Shown in pieces: positions 13,051-24,777 of a stretch of 41,069 nt of DNA. The number at the start of each line of letters is the position of its first letter. Within the stretch, counting starts at the first letter, position 1. Position numbers and translations under genes: made by a program. Source of the DNA: Octopus bimaculoides (Eukaryota); contig NC_068998.1 in NCBI RefSeq assembly GCF_001194135.2, positions 41,055,891-41,096,959 on the forward strand. Reading direction: 5' to 3'. Below the pieces are notes generated by a model. That model ran no database searches. It saw nothing but the letters and a program-made list of their open reading frames with translations, and had not been told where the DNA came from.

Positions 13051-13261
13051 GAAACATTCAAACACTGAGATTTGAAGTTAGATGTCACTACTGTTCATAT
13101 CATCTGTGGATAAATTCTAAATTTGATGATATCACCAGTAGTGGCATGGGTGGAACGCAGTTATAATAGCTTTAAAGAGCTATGAATTATAAATTTGCAC
13201 GAAGCATAATGATGCTTAATGAGAATCTACCTGCTAGAAATAAGAGCTAAGTCTTAAAATA

Positions 13262-13328
<67 letters not shown>

Positions 13329-13460
13329 ACTGTGTGTGTGTGTATAATACATACACACATATACACATGTATACACACACATACATATGCTTACATGATG
13401 GCCGTCCACTCGTGACCGAGGAAGACCACTACTGACCTTTAGGAACATTGTGCGCTAAAG

Positions 13461-13618
13461 ACACGCTTCTTTCAGTTTCCGTCTATTAAATACACTCACC
13501 AGGCTTTGGTCGGCCCGTGGTAGAAAACATTTGCCCAAATTTCCACGCAATGGGATTGAACTCAGAAGCATGTGGTTGGGAAGTAAGTTTCTTACCACAC
13601 AGCCACGCCAGCGTCTAT
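13461..13618 (-). mobile_element. SINE family B, 5' half, diverged
   Basis: Homologous to 8497-8660. Confidence 0.8.
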
Positions 13619-13929
13619 GTATATTTAAGATTTATAAAAAAAAAAGGCAATATCTAAGAATCGAAGAGAAAGTGCATGTTTTATGTACTGAAACTAAATG
13701 TGAGTATTGATACAATGGACATGTGATAAAAAAGTAGTTCGCAAAATATCAGTATTCGATACTAATCTTTGATTGATTTCCATCAAATTTTCTGATCAAT
13801 TAAATCTGAAGCCGAATTTAATCAACTTTATCCTTTTGGTTACCAATAGCAACATTATTGTTAAGCTGATTGTCACAAACCCTCTAGCAATTAATGACAT
13901 TATTATCATCATCATCATTATTATTATTA

Positions 13930-13979
<50 letters not shown>

Positions 13980-14639
13980 GATAGTAACGATAATACTACT
14001 ACCCCTACTAATAACGGTAATATTAATGATAACGAAAGAAAATAACATAAAACGCTAAATATATAGAAATATGCTAAAACGAAAAAAAAAAAGAAAAAAA
14101 AAGACAAAACAAAGAAAGCCTCGTCTTGTAAGTCTTTCAAGAAGATTATCATAATACACAGTAAAAAGAAAGAGGAAAGAGGAATAGTAAAAGAAAAGTA
14201 TTTACTAAATATTGGGTTGCCCCCGTGGGGCAACATCTGTGGTATTTTGCTAAGCTTGTACTCGTGATGAAAATATGAAAATGTCGATCTAGCCGGCAGC
14301 ACATATTCAATCTCCTATGATAACATTACGAAGCAAATATTTGTCAAAACTCATCGAGGACTGCCTTAAACAAATTTGTTGGATACATACACTGGAAATT
14401 AACATAGCTAATGACTGTGGAATTCAGTGTTGGTTAGCTACGTTAGAATGAAGTGAAGACAGAAAAATATGGTTAGGCGACTCTTTAATATAGTTAAGCA
14501 GTCAGTTGATATGGATAGTTAATGTAGTAAGGCAGTTTAGATAGACAGACCGCCAGTTAATGTCGTTAGACAGTGAATTAATAAAGTTAGGCAGTCAATT
14601 AATACAGTTAGGCAGTCGGTTAATAAAGTTAGACAGTTT

Positions 14640-14820
14640 AAGCCGGCAAGCTGGCCGAATTGTTAGCATGCCAGGCAAAAAGAGCCTAGCGGCATTTCGA
14701 TCGTCCTTACATTCTAGCTTCAGATGTCACCGGGGTCGATTTTGCATTTCGTCCTTTTGGGGTCGATAAATTAAGTACCCTGTCTAGAAATTGCGAGTCT
14801 TGTGCTAAAATTTGAAACCA
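14640..14820 (+). mobile_element. SINE family A, internally deleted
   Basis: Head, central GGGGTCGATAAATTAAGTACC domain, tail ...GTGCTAAAATTTGAAACC. Confidence 0.8.
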
Positions 14821-14837
14821 ATACATTGAGACAGTTT

Positions 14838-15052
14838 AAGGCGGCGATCTGGCAGAATCGTTAGCACGTTAAGTAAAATGCCTAGTGGCGTTTCGTCCGT
14901 CCATACGTTCCGGGTTCATATGATGCCGGGGTTGACCTTGACTCTCATCCTTTCGGGGTCGGTAAAATAATTGTCACTTGAATACTGGTGTTGATTTCAT
15001 CAACCTAACTCCCTCCCCCGAAATTGCTGGCCTTGTGTCAAAATTTGAAGCC
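14838..15052 (+). mobile_element. SINE family A
   Basis: AAGGCGGCGATCTGGCAGAATCGTTAGC...CATCCTTTCGGGGTCGGTAAAA...GTCAAAATTTGAAGCC. Confidence 0.85.
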
Positions 15053-15164
15053 GATACAGTTAGACAGTTTATAGATGTAATTGGACAGATAGAATAGTTA
15101 AACAGTCAATATATATAGTTGTATTGCGAAATAACAAAGACAATTACTTAGTATAGTTAGTTTG

Positions 15165-15204
15165 TGGATTTGGTAGACGGAAACTGAAAGAAGCCCGTCG
15201 TATA

Positions 15205-15261
<57 letters not shown>

Positions 15262-15565
15262 NNNNNNNNNNNNNNNNNNNNNNNNNNNNNNNNNNNNNNN
15301 NNNNNNNNNNNNNNNNNNNNNNNNNNNNNNNNNNNNNNNNNNNNNNNNNNNNNNNNNNNNTATATATATATATATGTTTGTATGTCTCGCTTGACAACTG
15401 ATGTTGGTGTGTTTACGTCCCCGTAACTTAGCGTTTCGGCAAAAGAAGACCGATAAAATAAGTACTAGGCTTACAAAGTATAAGTCCTGGGGTCGATTTC
15501 TTCGACTAAAGGTGGTGTTTCAGCATAGCCCCACTCAAATGACTGAAACAAATAAAAGAATAATT
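15165..15565 (+). mobile_element. SINE family B, 5'-truncated, spanning a gap
   Basis: GGTAGACGGAAACTGAAAGAAGCCCGTCG, dinucleotide tract, then the family B tail. Confidence 0.85.
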
Positions 15566-15915
15566 AAAGAACAGACAGTCCGTTAACATAGTTAGCTATC
15601 AGTTTATATAGTTAGACATCAGTTAATATAATGAGTCAGTTATTGTACATACTGTTAGAGAATCAGTTGATATGGTTTGGCACTTAGTTAATTTAGGCAA
15701 GACACCACTTGTAATACTTGGATGAACCCAGTCGTGATCGAGGAAGCGCATGATCAAGGGGATTTCAAGCCCTGAGCTTCCTATCACATTTCAGCAATAA
15801 TGTACTTTGGACTACGTTATCTATTGCGTTCATTTTAAGACGGCAGTATGTGTGTGGTTTAAAGGAGACTCGGTTACTATTTCAAGCAGGACAAACGATG
15901 ACGCAGTTAGTGTGC

Positions 15916-15946
<31 letters not shown>

Positions 15947-17468
15947 TGTATATGTGTGTGTGTGTATGTATGTATGTGTGTATTCAAAGCTTTGAAGATA
16001 TACGGTCGGCTCACATGGTTGATGGTCAGCGACCATGTGAGACCTAGTGTGTGGTGTATGTTCATTCAATGATCTTGAGTGAACGATCAATTGATACGTA
16101 CGTGACAAAGCATAGGCTATTGTTGGTGTTTAGCCCCAGGTTAGCTCATTATCAAGCAAGAGTTATGATCAATAGCGCCCTAGTTTTCACCATAATCGTT
16201 GTTCTATTTTTCTTTTTAGACATAGTGTCTCTTGGTCTAAATTTTCCTACATCACTTTCACAAGACGATATGTTGTGATTAAGATGAATTCGTCTATTTC
16301 TGGCAAGTTATGTGAACGTCTTCTGGTTCTGTTGTTAACCCTGAAGTAATGTGTTTGGACTGTACATGCGTATTAATGATTAACAAGAGACACAAAATGG
16401 CTGATGTTCATTTTACATAAGATCTAAAACTTTATGTTTTGTTTATCTGTGATTTTAAGATCATCAGAAGACACACAGTATGTCTAGTGATAGTTTAACA
16501 TGTCTCGATGAGTCACGTGTGTGTTGTATATACAGACGTGTATATGTGTGTATGTATAACTGCATGTGTATGTATGTATGTATGTATGTATCTAGATGTA
16601 CATGTATATGACTGTATGAATGTTTGTCTGTAGAAATATATGGGTGTATGTACCTATATATACATAAATACATATATATACATATATATATATATGCATA
16701 CATATATATATATGTATATATTCATGTTTGTATGTATGTATGTATGTATGTATGTATGGGTGTGTGTAATTAGTATGTATCTATATACGGCTGTGTGTAT
16801 AGATAAATATAATGTGTGTATTTATGCATAAATAAATGTAATATATTTCTGTGTGTGTTTATATATGTATTTATGTGCATGACGTCCGTATGTATATATG
16901 TCTGTATGTATATAATGAAGTGATGTTTTAATTCATGGGAACAACAACAACAGAAACGTTACCAGCCGTTACAAGGGTATGTTATAGTTAGCGTTTGGTT
17001 ATTACAATATAAATTAAACATCTCTGACGTTTATATAAAGTTCTGAAAGCTTCTAGTAGTTGGTAGCCATGTATAGCACTAGTTTATCCCTCTTTGGAAT
17101 TGTCAGCACGGCATAACTTGAGAGAAATAAATCAAATACATTATAATTTCATGACAGTCAAGTTATCAAATGGTTTCATGCCAGAAACGGATGAATGAAA
17201 CGATATGGCTTGAGATCTTCTTCACTTGAGGTCTGAAAGGTCTGAAAGTGTCACATCCGGTTTATGAATCTTAGGATTGATAGTTGTGAAAAAAAAAAAA
17301 AAGACCCTGAATGAAATTCATGAAATTCAAGGTGACTGAAATAGGCCTCCCCAGTATAGAAGATACATAATTGATCTCTCTCTCTGTCCATCCATCCATC
17401 CATCCACCCGTCCGTCCGTCCGTCCGTCTCTGTCTGTCTGTCTCTCTTTACCTCAATGCGTGCTATGC

Positions 17469-17680
17469 TCTCTGTTTTTGTCCCACCCTCGCCTCTTGAC
17501 AAAAGGTGTTGGTTTGTTTACGACACAGTAACTCAGCAGTTTGGCGAAAGTGAACTATAGAATAAATTCCAGACTTAAAAATAAGTTCTGGGGTTGATTT
17601 GTTCGGTTGAACCTTACAAGTCGGTGCCCAAACATGATCGCAGTTCAACGTCTGAAACAAACGAATACAAATGATAAAAG
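17469..17680 (+). mobile_element. SINE family B 3' half, diverged
   Basis: Similar to 9235-9450. Confidence 0.7.
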
Positions 17681-17694
17681 ATCTCTCTCTTCAA

Positions 17695-17890
17695 GTTGAA
17701 ACAAGGGTTACAAAATTTGGTAGAAGCAGGGTTAAGTCAATGCTCTGAAGTTTTGAGGGTAGTTATGAAGGAGGTAGATGTTGCCAGAAAATTGTCGAAA
17801 GCTGTTGAGAAAGCAAGTGATTAAATCCCGCTGAAACTTTCAACAGGAAAACACATTGCTTCCCATCCATTACTTTTCCCAGAGCTACCC
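17695..17890. mobile_element. HERO/R2-group REL-LINE remnant B with an internal inversion
   Basis: Minus 17890-17838 encodes NGWEAMCFPVE; plus 17695-17832 encodes VETRVTKFGRSRVKSML*..EVDVARKLSKAVEKASD*I, the segment that normally follows. Confidence 0.65.
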
Positions 17891-17899
17891 GGGGCTACA

Positions 17900-18262
17900 C
17901 GCCTTGTCGGTGATAAAACTCCCGCACTACACCACGCACGTGCTTCGTTGAGCTAGACGTTGCTACTCTAGGCAACATGTTTCTATCATGCTCATTACTT
18001 GTTCTTACTGCACGAACCGTCCTCACTTCCTCTCTCTTGAGCCAGATATAATGGATTGCTTTCTCGGGAGCTTCCAATAGTTTTCTGGCAAAATCTCTTT
18101 CCCTAGCAGTTGGTCCAAGACACTTAAGCATCGAGTGAATCCTGGTTCCACCAAATCCCCTAACACCTATTCTTTTGCTGCCCACCTATTTCTTTGACAG
18201 AGTTCAACAAACTCACCGTATTTTCTGTCTTCCTTGAGAACAGCGTCTTCGATGCCTTTACT
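17900..18262 (-). mobile_element. HERO/R2-group REL-endonuclease LINE, 3' remnant A
   Basis: 18259-18027: KGIEDAVLKEDRKYGEFVELCQRNRWAA / IGVRGFGGTRIHSMLKCLGPTARERDFARKLLEAPEKAIHYIWLKREE resembles the HERO C-terminus (EEA.ERK..KY..LVE.C...GW....PVEVG.RGF......LG.......AEKAS.WLW..REE); the rest is putative 3' UTR. Confidence 0.75.
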
Positions 18263-18784
18263 TGAGCAGTATTTATTTAAACGTCTAAATAACGACGACA
18301 GGCAGTTTGATTCCTAACCAGCGGTGGCGGGGGTGTTGTGGGGAACAACAACTTACAGACGTTTGTAACAGAAATCAGAGAAATGTTGTTTTGTTAGAGA
18401 AGTTGGGGAAAAAACTTAAATTAACTTATTATTTAAGTAAGTTTCGAAGTGGTGATGCGCTGATGCTAGTGGCGGTAGTGGTAGTACAAGTTGAGCAGTA
18501 ATACTGTTTGTAACAGTAGTAGTAGTTTTAATGATAAAAATGATGATGATGATGATGATGATCATCATAAAATTAACGTGAATGATGGTAAAATGATAAA
18601 AGTAGGAATTGATATAACAGCCTATCATCTCTATTCACTCCTCTTCCCTGCTTCTTTCTCAGAATCATTTCTCTCTTAAATCCTTGATAGTAAATAACAA
18701 CTTAAAGTAAAGTTCGTATGCACAAATGAGTATAAACACACACATATGTCTAAATATATGCACACATATACATATATATATTTT

Positions 18785-18863
<79 letters not shown>

Positions 18864-18900
18864 TCATATATATGCATGTATGTAGTCATATATATGTATG

Positions 18901-18933
<33 letters not shown>

Positions 18934-20350
18934 GTATATGTATATATGTGTATGTATATGTATATGAGTATATAAGTATGAATACAGATACGTATATACA
19001 TATATCTTAGTTCTTATGACAGGATGACATGATGAAAACAGTGATTACATAAGGAGATACCTACAAGGATTATATAAATTTACACCCCACCCTACTCTCA
19101 CACACTCACACATACACGCGTGCGCGGGCACACACACATGCACACAGTTATACATATATATATATATATATANNNNNNNNNNNNNNNNNNNNNNNNNNNN
19201 NNNNNNNNNNNNNNNNNNNNNNNNNNNNNNNNNNNNNNNNNNNNNNNNNNNNNNNNNNNNNNNNNNNNNNNNNNNNNNNNNNNNNNNNNNNNNNNNNNNN
19301 NNNNNNNNNNNNNNNNNNNNNNNNNNNNNNNNNNNNNNNNNNNNNNNNNNNNNNNNNNNNNNNNNNNNNNNNNNNNNNNNNNNNNNNNNNNNNNNNNNNN
19401 NNNNNNNNNNNNNNNNNNNNNNNNNNNNNNNNNNNNNNNNNNNNNNNNNNNNNNNNNNNNNNNNNNNNNNNNNNNNNNNNNNNNNNNNNNNNNNNNNNNN
19501 NNNNNNNNNNNNNNNNNNNNNNNNNNNNNNNNNNNNNNNNNNNNNNNNNNNNNNNNNNNNNNNNNNNNNNNNNNNNNNNNNNNNNNNNNNNNNNNNNNNN
19601 NNNNNNNNNNNNNNNNNNNNNNNNNNNNNNNNNNNNNNNNNNNNNNNNNNNNNNNNNNNNNNNNNNNNNNNNNNNNNNNNNNNNNNNNNNNNNNNNNNNN
19701 NNNNNNNNNNNNNNNNNNNNNNNNNNNNNNNNNNNNNNNNNNNNNNNNNNNNNNNNNNNNNNNNNNNNNNNNNNNNNNNNNNNNNNNNNNNNNNNNNNNN
19801 NNNNNNNNNNNNNNNNNNNNNNNNNNNNNNNNNNNNNNNNNNNNNNNNNNNNNNNNNNNNNNNNNNNNNNNNNNNNNNNNNNNNNNNNNNNNNNNNNNNN
19901 NTATACATACACACACATATATATATAGCACCTAAAAAAGTTGTTCCTCAGAATGCAAATGTCAGTAAATTTCTAAAGATTCCTGAAATGATAAATCTTC
20001 TTCATTTCTGTTTCCAGATGAGATATGGAATAAGAAAATAAAAATCAGTAACTGGAAAACGAAAAAATGGAAATGCAAAATGAACAGAAATCATAAATAA
20101 ATATGATTACATAATCAACATCATCGTCGTAGTCGTCATCATCACCACCATCGTCATCATCATCATCATCAGCACCGCCTTCATTAAGATCAAAATGAAG
20201 ATGATAATGATAATGCTGATGGCTATGATGATGATCATCCTCATCATCAGCATACTTGTCATCATCATCATCATCATCATCACCGTCATCCTTAATATCA
20301 TCATCATCATCCCTATTGTCATCGTCATCGTCGTTGTCATCACCATCATC

Positions 20351-20382
<32 letters not shown>

Positions 20383-20556
20383 CATCATCATCAGCAGCAG
20401 CTAGGCCAACCAAAATAGCGAAAACAATAACAACATGAACGGCAGCAGCAGCAGCAAAAGTGGAAAGGGAAATAAACAAAAATAAAAGTTACAGCGGCAG
20501 AAAGTATCATTGATAATGATATCAATAATAATAATATTTACGACGACGACGACGAC

Positions 20557-20596
<40 letters not shown>

Positions 20597-20868
20597 GTGG
20601 TGTTGATGATGATGATGATGTTGGGGGTTTATAAATATGATTAATTACTCCGAAGAAGGGCACAAATATGGACGCGGGTTGTGTTTACGTTCACACTTAC
20701 GTGTGTTCCTGCGAATATACGTTAAGCTGACGCACTAATTCTTGTCAACCCCACCCACACAGATAAACAAACCCACAAAGCCCACACGTGTGTATACATA
20801 TATATATATATATGTGTATAATTATATATACACGTATGTGTGTGTGTATGTATATAAATGGATATGTG

Positions 20869-21011
<143 letters not shown>

Positions 21012-21055
21012 GATAAAGGTGGGTTATTAGCAATTTACCAGCGAAAGACATAGCA

Positions 21056-21281
21056 ATATACGTCACTTAAGTGATTAAGGGTACTAGTTTGAACCAGTAT
21101 TGCTAGAAATAAGTGTGAAACAACTCTTAGCCACTAGAAAGCATTTATCTTATGACTGACAAGGGAGACAAGCTCCCTACACCATCCGGGGCATAGCTAG
21201 ATCCCCAGTGATTTCGCATTTGATGAATGCTCATCAGTAGCTCTTATTCGGCTGCCTAGGGGTAGGCTAGCTCGCCTTCTC
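21056..21281 (-). mobile_element. ~356-bp HHR repeat family (candidate retrozyme), copy 1
   Basis: Aligns by eye to the reverse complement of 21387-21620 and to 26410-26640; contains the canonical HHR. Confidence 0.75.
21195..21242 (-). ncRNA. Canonical type I hammerhead ribozyme
   Basis: Minus strand: AGCUA-CUGAUGA-GCAUU-CAUCA-AAUGC-GAA-AUC-ACUGGG-GAU-C-UAGCU. Stem I 5 bp, stem II 5 bp, stem III 3 bp; all core nucleotides present; AUC triplet, predicted cut between 21200 and 21199. Confidence 0.85.
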
Positions 21282-21305
21282 CTTTTATAAGATAAGTGCT
21301 TTCTC

Positions 21306-21620
21306 GTGGCGAAGCCACCTTTATTATTTATAATTTTCACTTTTACCATTTATGAAATCAGCGACCGATTTCTACGGTAACTCTTATAAACTGAGAAGGC
21401 GAGCAAGCTTAACCGTGGGTAGCCGGGTAAGAGCCACTGACGAATTTTAATCAAATGTAAAATCACTGGTGATCTAGCTATGCTTCGGAAGCCATAAGGG
21501 GTTTGACTCCCTTGTCAGTCATAAGATAAGTGCTTTATCGTGGGTAAGAGTTGTCTTGACTCTTGTCGCTCACAATGCTGGTGCTAACTGGTACGCTTAG
21601 TCTCATTAGTGACGTCTATA
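21306..21620 (+). mobile_element. ~356-bp HHR repeat family, copy 2 (HHR at 21432-21479 degenerate)
   Basis: AGCCA-CUGACGA-AUUUU-AAUCA-AAUGU-AAA-AUCA-CUGG-UGAU-C-UAGCU; G12A. Aligns to the reverse complement of ~26400-26720. Confidence 0.75.
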
Positions 21621-21804
21621 CTCATTAGTGACGTCTCATTAGTGACGTCTATACTTCTCGAGATTATTGCTCACTGTTCCCAGGGCTCCGACAATTATTG
21701 GTACTACAGCTGCCTTTTTCATTGACCACAACTGCTTAACTTCCCAAGCTAACCTGTTATATCTCTCGGCTTTTCTTTCTTCCTTATCACATACCTTGTT
21801 ATTA

Positions 21805-21873
<69 letters not shown>

Positions 21874-21924
21874 GACTTTTTGCAGTTTCAGATAAACTTT
21901 GCGTTTCAGCGAAAGGAAAACCTA

Positions 21925-22050
21925 TACAATAAATACAGGGTTTAAAAGAAAATAATAAGTACGGGAGTCGATTCGTTCGACTGAAATTCTTCAAGGTGGT
22001 GCCTCAGCATAGCCGCTGTCTTATGACTGAAACGAGTAAAAGATAAAGCA
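21925..22050 (+). mobile_element. SINE family B 3' tail
   Basis: ...GGTGGTGCCTCAGCATAGCCGCTGTCTTATGACTGAAACGAGTAAAAGA. Confidence 0.75.
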
Positions 22051-22268
22051 TATCATACGAATGAGTTATCTGGCATTCCTACAGTTGTTTCGTTAAGAGT
22101 GTTTATTGAGTGGTAAGCATATTACAGGCAGGTATGCCGTATGCACACCATCCATATGATTGCATAATATATTAAGCAACTCTCAACTAATGAAGCTAGC
22201 CAAATAAATAAGCGAGGAATTGATGTTAATTAATCAACAAATCATCACACACACATACACACACACAC

Positions 22269-22323
<55 letters not shown>

Positions 22324-23151
22324 GCACATACACACATACGTACATGTATATATCTATATATATACATAGATATTTATATACATGTATGTATATATGCAGA
22401 AGGGAAGAAGGGTGGGAAATGAGGAGAGAATGAGAGAGTCTGGTATTTAAGCGTCTTATACCAGATAGTATGTAATACATGCGACGATTCATTCTCCATA
22501 CTTGATAAATATAAATAGTATTGAATAAAGATAACGGCTTCTCAATGGAAATGGTAGAGATTCTGAATTCTCGATAGAAATTCCCCACCACGATGGTAAT
22601 GTCGACGACGACGACGATGACGATAATGATGATGAAGATGATTATGATGATGATGATGATCATGAAGATGAAGATGATGATGATGATGACGACTTCGAGT
22701 ATAGCTGTCATCACGCACCAAATGTCTAACTCGATATAAAAGATTGAGAAATAATAATAGCAATACAAACAGAAGATACAAGATGGGTACAGGCATACAC
22801 ATATACACACAGTCATATATACATTTATATATATATATANNNNNNNNNNNNNNNNNNNNNNNNNNNNNNNNNNNNNNNNNNNNNNNNNNNNNNNNNNNNN
22901 NNNNNNNNNNNNNNNNNNNNNNNNNNNNNNNNNNNNNNNNNNNNNNNNNNNNNNNNNNNNNNNNNNNNNNNNNNNNNNNNNNNNNNNNNNNNNNNNNNNN
23001 NNNNNNNNNNNNNNNNNNNNNNNNNNNNNNNNNNNNNNNNNNNNNNNNNNNNNNNNNNNNNNNNNNNNNNNNNNNNNNNNNNNNNNNNNNNNNNNNNNNN
23101 NNNNNNNNNNNNNNNNNNNNNNNNNNNNNNNNNNNNNNNNNNNNNNNNNNN

Positions 23152-23194
<43 letters not shown>

Positions 23195-23262
23195 CTTATA
23201 CACATATACAAACACGCACAATTATACACATATACAAACACACACACAAATGTATATATATA

Positions 23263-23969
23263 CGAGGGTAATCCAAAAAGTAAGGTCTCCAAAAATATTT
23301 AGAAATCACAAACGTTTATTGTCAATGATATTTACATCATTTTAAAGTTTGAACATTTATCTATTCGCCATTTCAGTGGATGCATTTTTGTAGGCACTGG
23401 GGTAGTTTTTATATGCCCACGTCATACAAGCTCACCACCATGTCATTGAGGAAGCGTTGAGCCTCATCTTTCACCTCGTCGTCGTTGCTGAAGCACGTTA
23501 CGGCCAAATGTTCGTTCAACTAAGAGAACAGGTGGTAGTCACCGGGTGCCAAGTCCGGACTATAAGGTGGGTTGCCGTTTATGGTTTTCTTTGAGCATTC
23601 GTGGGACACATCTTGCGTACACATCCCGATATAGCAACTTTTCTCTTAGAACCCTATGAATGGTGCTCAAGGACCAAAATGCGGAGATCATCCAGAGTGA
23701 TCATCCGATTTTCACGCAAGATTTGCCCAAACCTCCGCGACTGTCGCGTCGGAAATTGATGGTTGCCCGCTTCTTTCTTCGTCATGGATTTCTGTACGAC
23801 CAGCTGCAAACTCCCTACACTACTTGCGGACGTATTTGACTTCAACACACGACTCGTGCGCAAGTGCAGGCGCATGCACTACAAACGCAAACAGTGTTGC
23901 CAATAGCCACATGCAAAGTTTCCCTGTGTCCCCAGCGCTTTAGAGACCTTAGTTTTGGGATTACCCTCG
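23263..23969 (-). mobile_element. 707-bp internally deleted mariner (CGAGGG-type TIR, irritans/Hsmar2-like) with TA TSD
   Basis: CGAGGGTAATCCAAAAAGTAAGGTCTC at 23263 and an inverted copy ending at 23969 (25/27); TA at 23261-62 and 23970-71. Minus-strand remnants RK*CREFAAGRTEIHDEERSGQPSISDATV / QILRENRMITLDDL and PPYSPDLAPGDYHLFS*LNEHLAVTCFSNDDEVKDEAQRFL. Confidence 0.92.
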
Positions 23970-24034
23970 TATACACACACACACACACACACACGCACAC
24001 ACACATACACACACACATACACACTACGAGTTTC

Positions 24035-24165
24035 CACATAAGTTGCGTCAACCAAATTGGCTCACAGTGGTCGGCCTTTAGTGAGAGTCAGATGTCTAAA
24101 ATTCCACAGCGTGGGACTGAACGCGGTTACAAATCGAGCTTTTTAACTGCACAACCATACTTGCA
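24035..24165 (-). mobile_element. SINE family B head, highly diverged
   Basis: ccacagcgtgggactgaac..gagctttttaactgcacaaccatac resembles 8580-8660. Confidence 0.55.
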
Positions 24166-24602
24166 TCACACACGCATACACACACACGCTCTCTCTGTCG
24201 CGCATACACACAGACACTCACACATACATACACACACACGCATACATACACATATATCAAAATAACTCTATTATTTATTCATAATCACGCTGTATCAGCG
24301 GCCTTCTGACTAATGCCAGTTTGTAAACTTTATAGTTTGTTACATTACATTTCTATGAGTAGTTCCATGTTTCTTAACTTCGACGGTTTTGATAGCTAGA
24401 GTGAAGCAATGTCATCGGGGTATTCAGCTGCCCAGTTTTTGATTTGTACAAACGGCTTTAGCGTTGAGAGAGACGTAGAGGTGAAGAAAGTGTTGATGAT
24501 ATACGTGTATATCTGTATATATCTAAGTACATTGGCATTTTATCTGACATATGGTGTTTATGTTACAGAAAGAAAACATGAATGCTCAAAGCAATGTGCG
24601 GC

Positions 24603-24687
<85 letters not shown>

Positions 24688-24777
24688 CCTGTGTGGCTAA
24701 TAAAAGAAATGTATATGTCTGTCTGTCTAATATTTCTTTTTTTTTCTTTCTTTCTTTCTTTCTTTCTTTCTATCTGA

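Larger units (their letters stand above)
14480..15695 (+). repeat. Degenerate ~18-21-bp minisatellite (ATACAGTTAGACAGTT-like) interrupted by SINEs
   Basis: Units ttaataaagttaggcagtc / atacagttagacagttta recur at 14480-14640, 14820-14838, 15052-15130 and 15585-15695. Confidence 0.6.

Noticed and set aside
20003-20055. Strong acceptor CTTCTTCATTTCTGTTTCCAG followed by a possible 30-nt micro-exon (DEIWNKKIKI)
   Set aside because: Weak donor, no homology, and such motifs arise by chance in AT-rich DNA.
20045-20479. Poly-Asp/His/Met/Ile ORFs, also at 30635-31184 and 33918-34167
   Set aside because: Translations of trinucleotide microsatellites with no domain-like sequence.
22075-22110. Minus-strand GAAACAACTGTA resembling a PLE HHR 3' half (similar GAAACAGCT at ~12715)
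   Set aside because: No CUGANGA box at a suitable distance.
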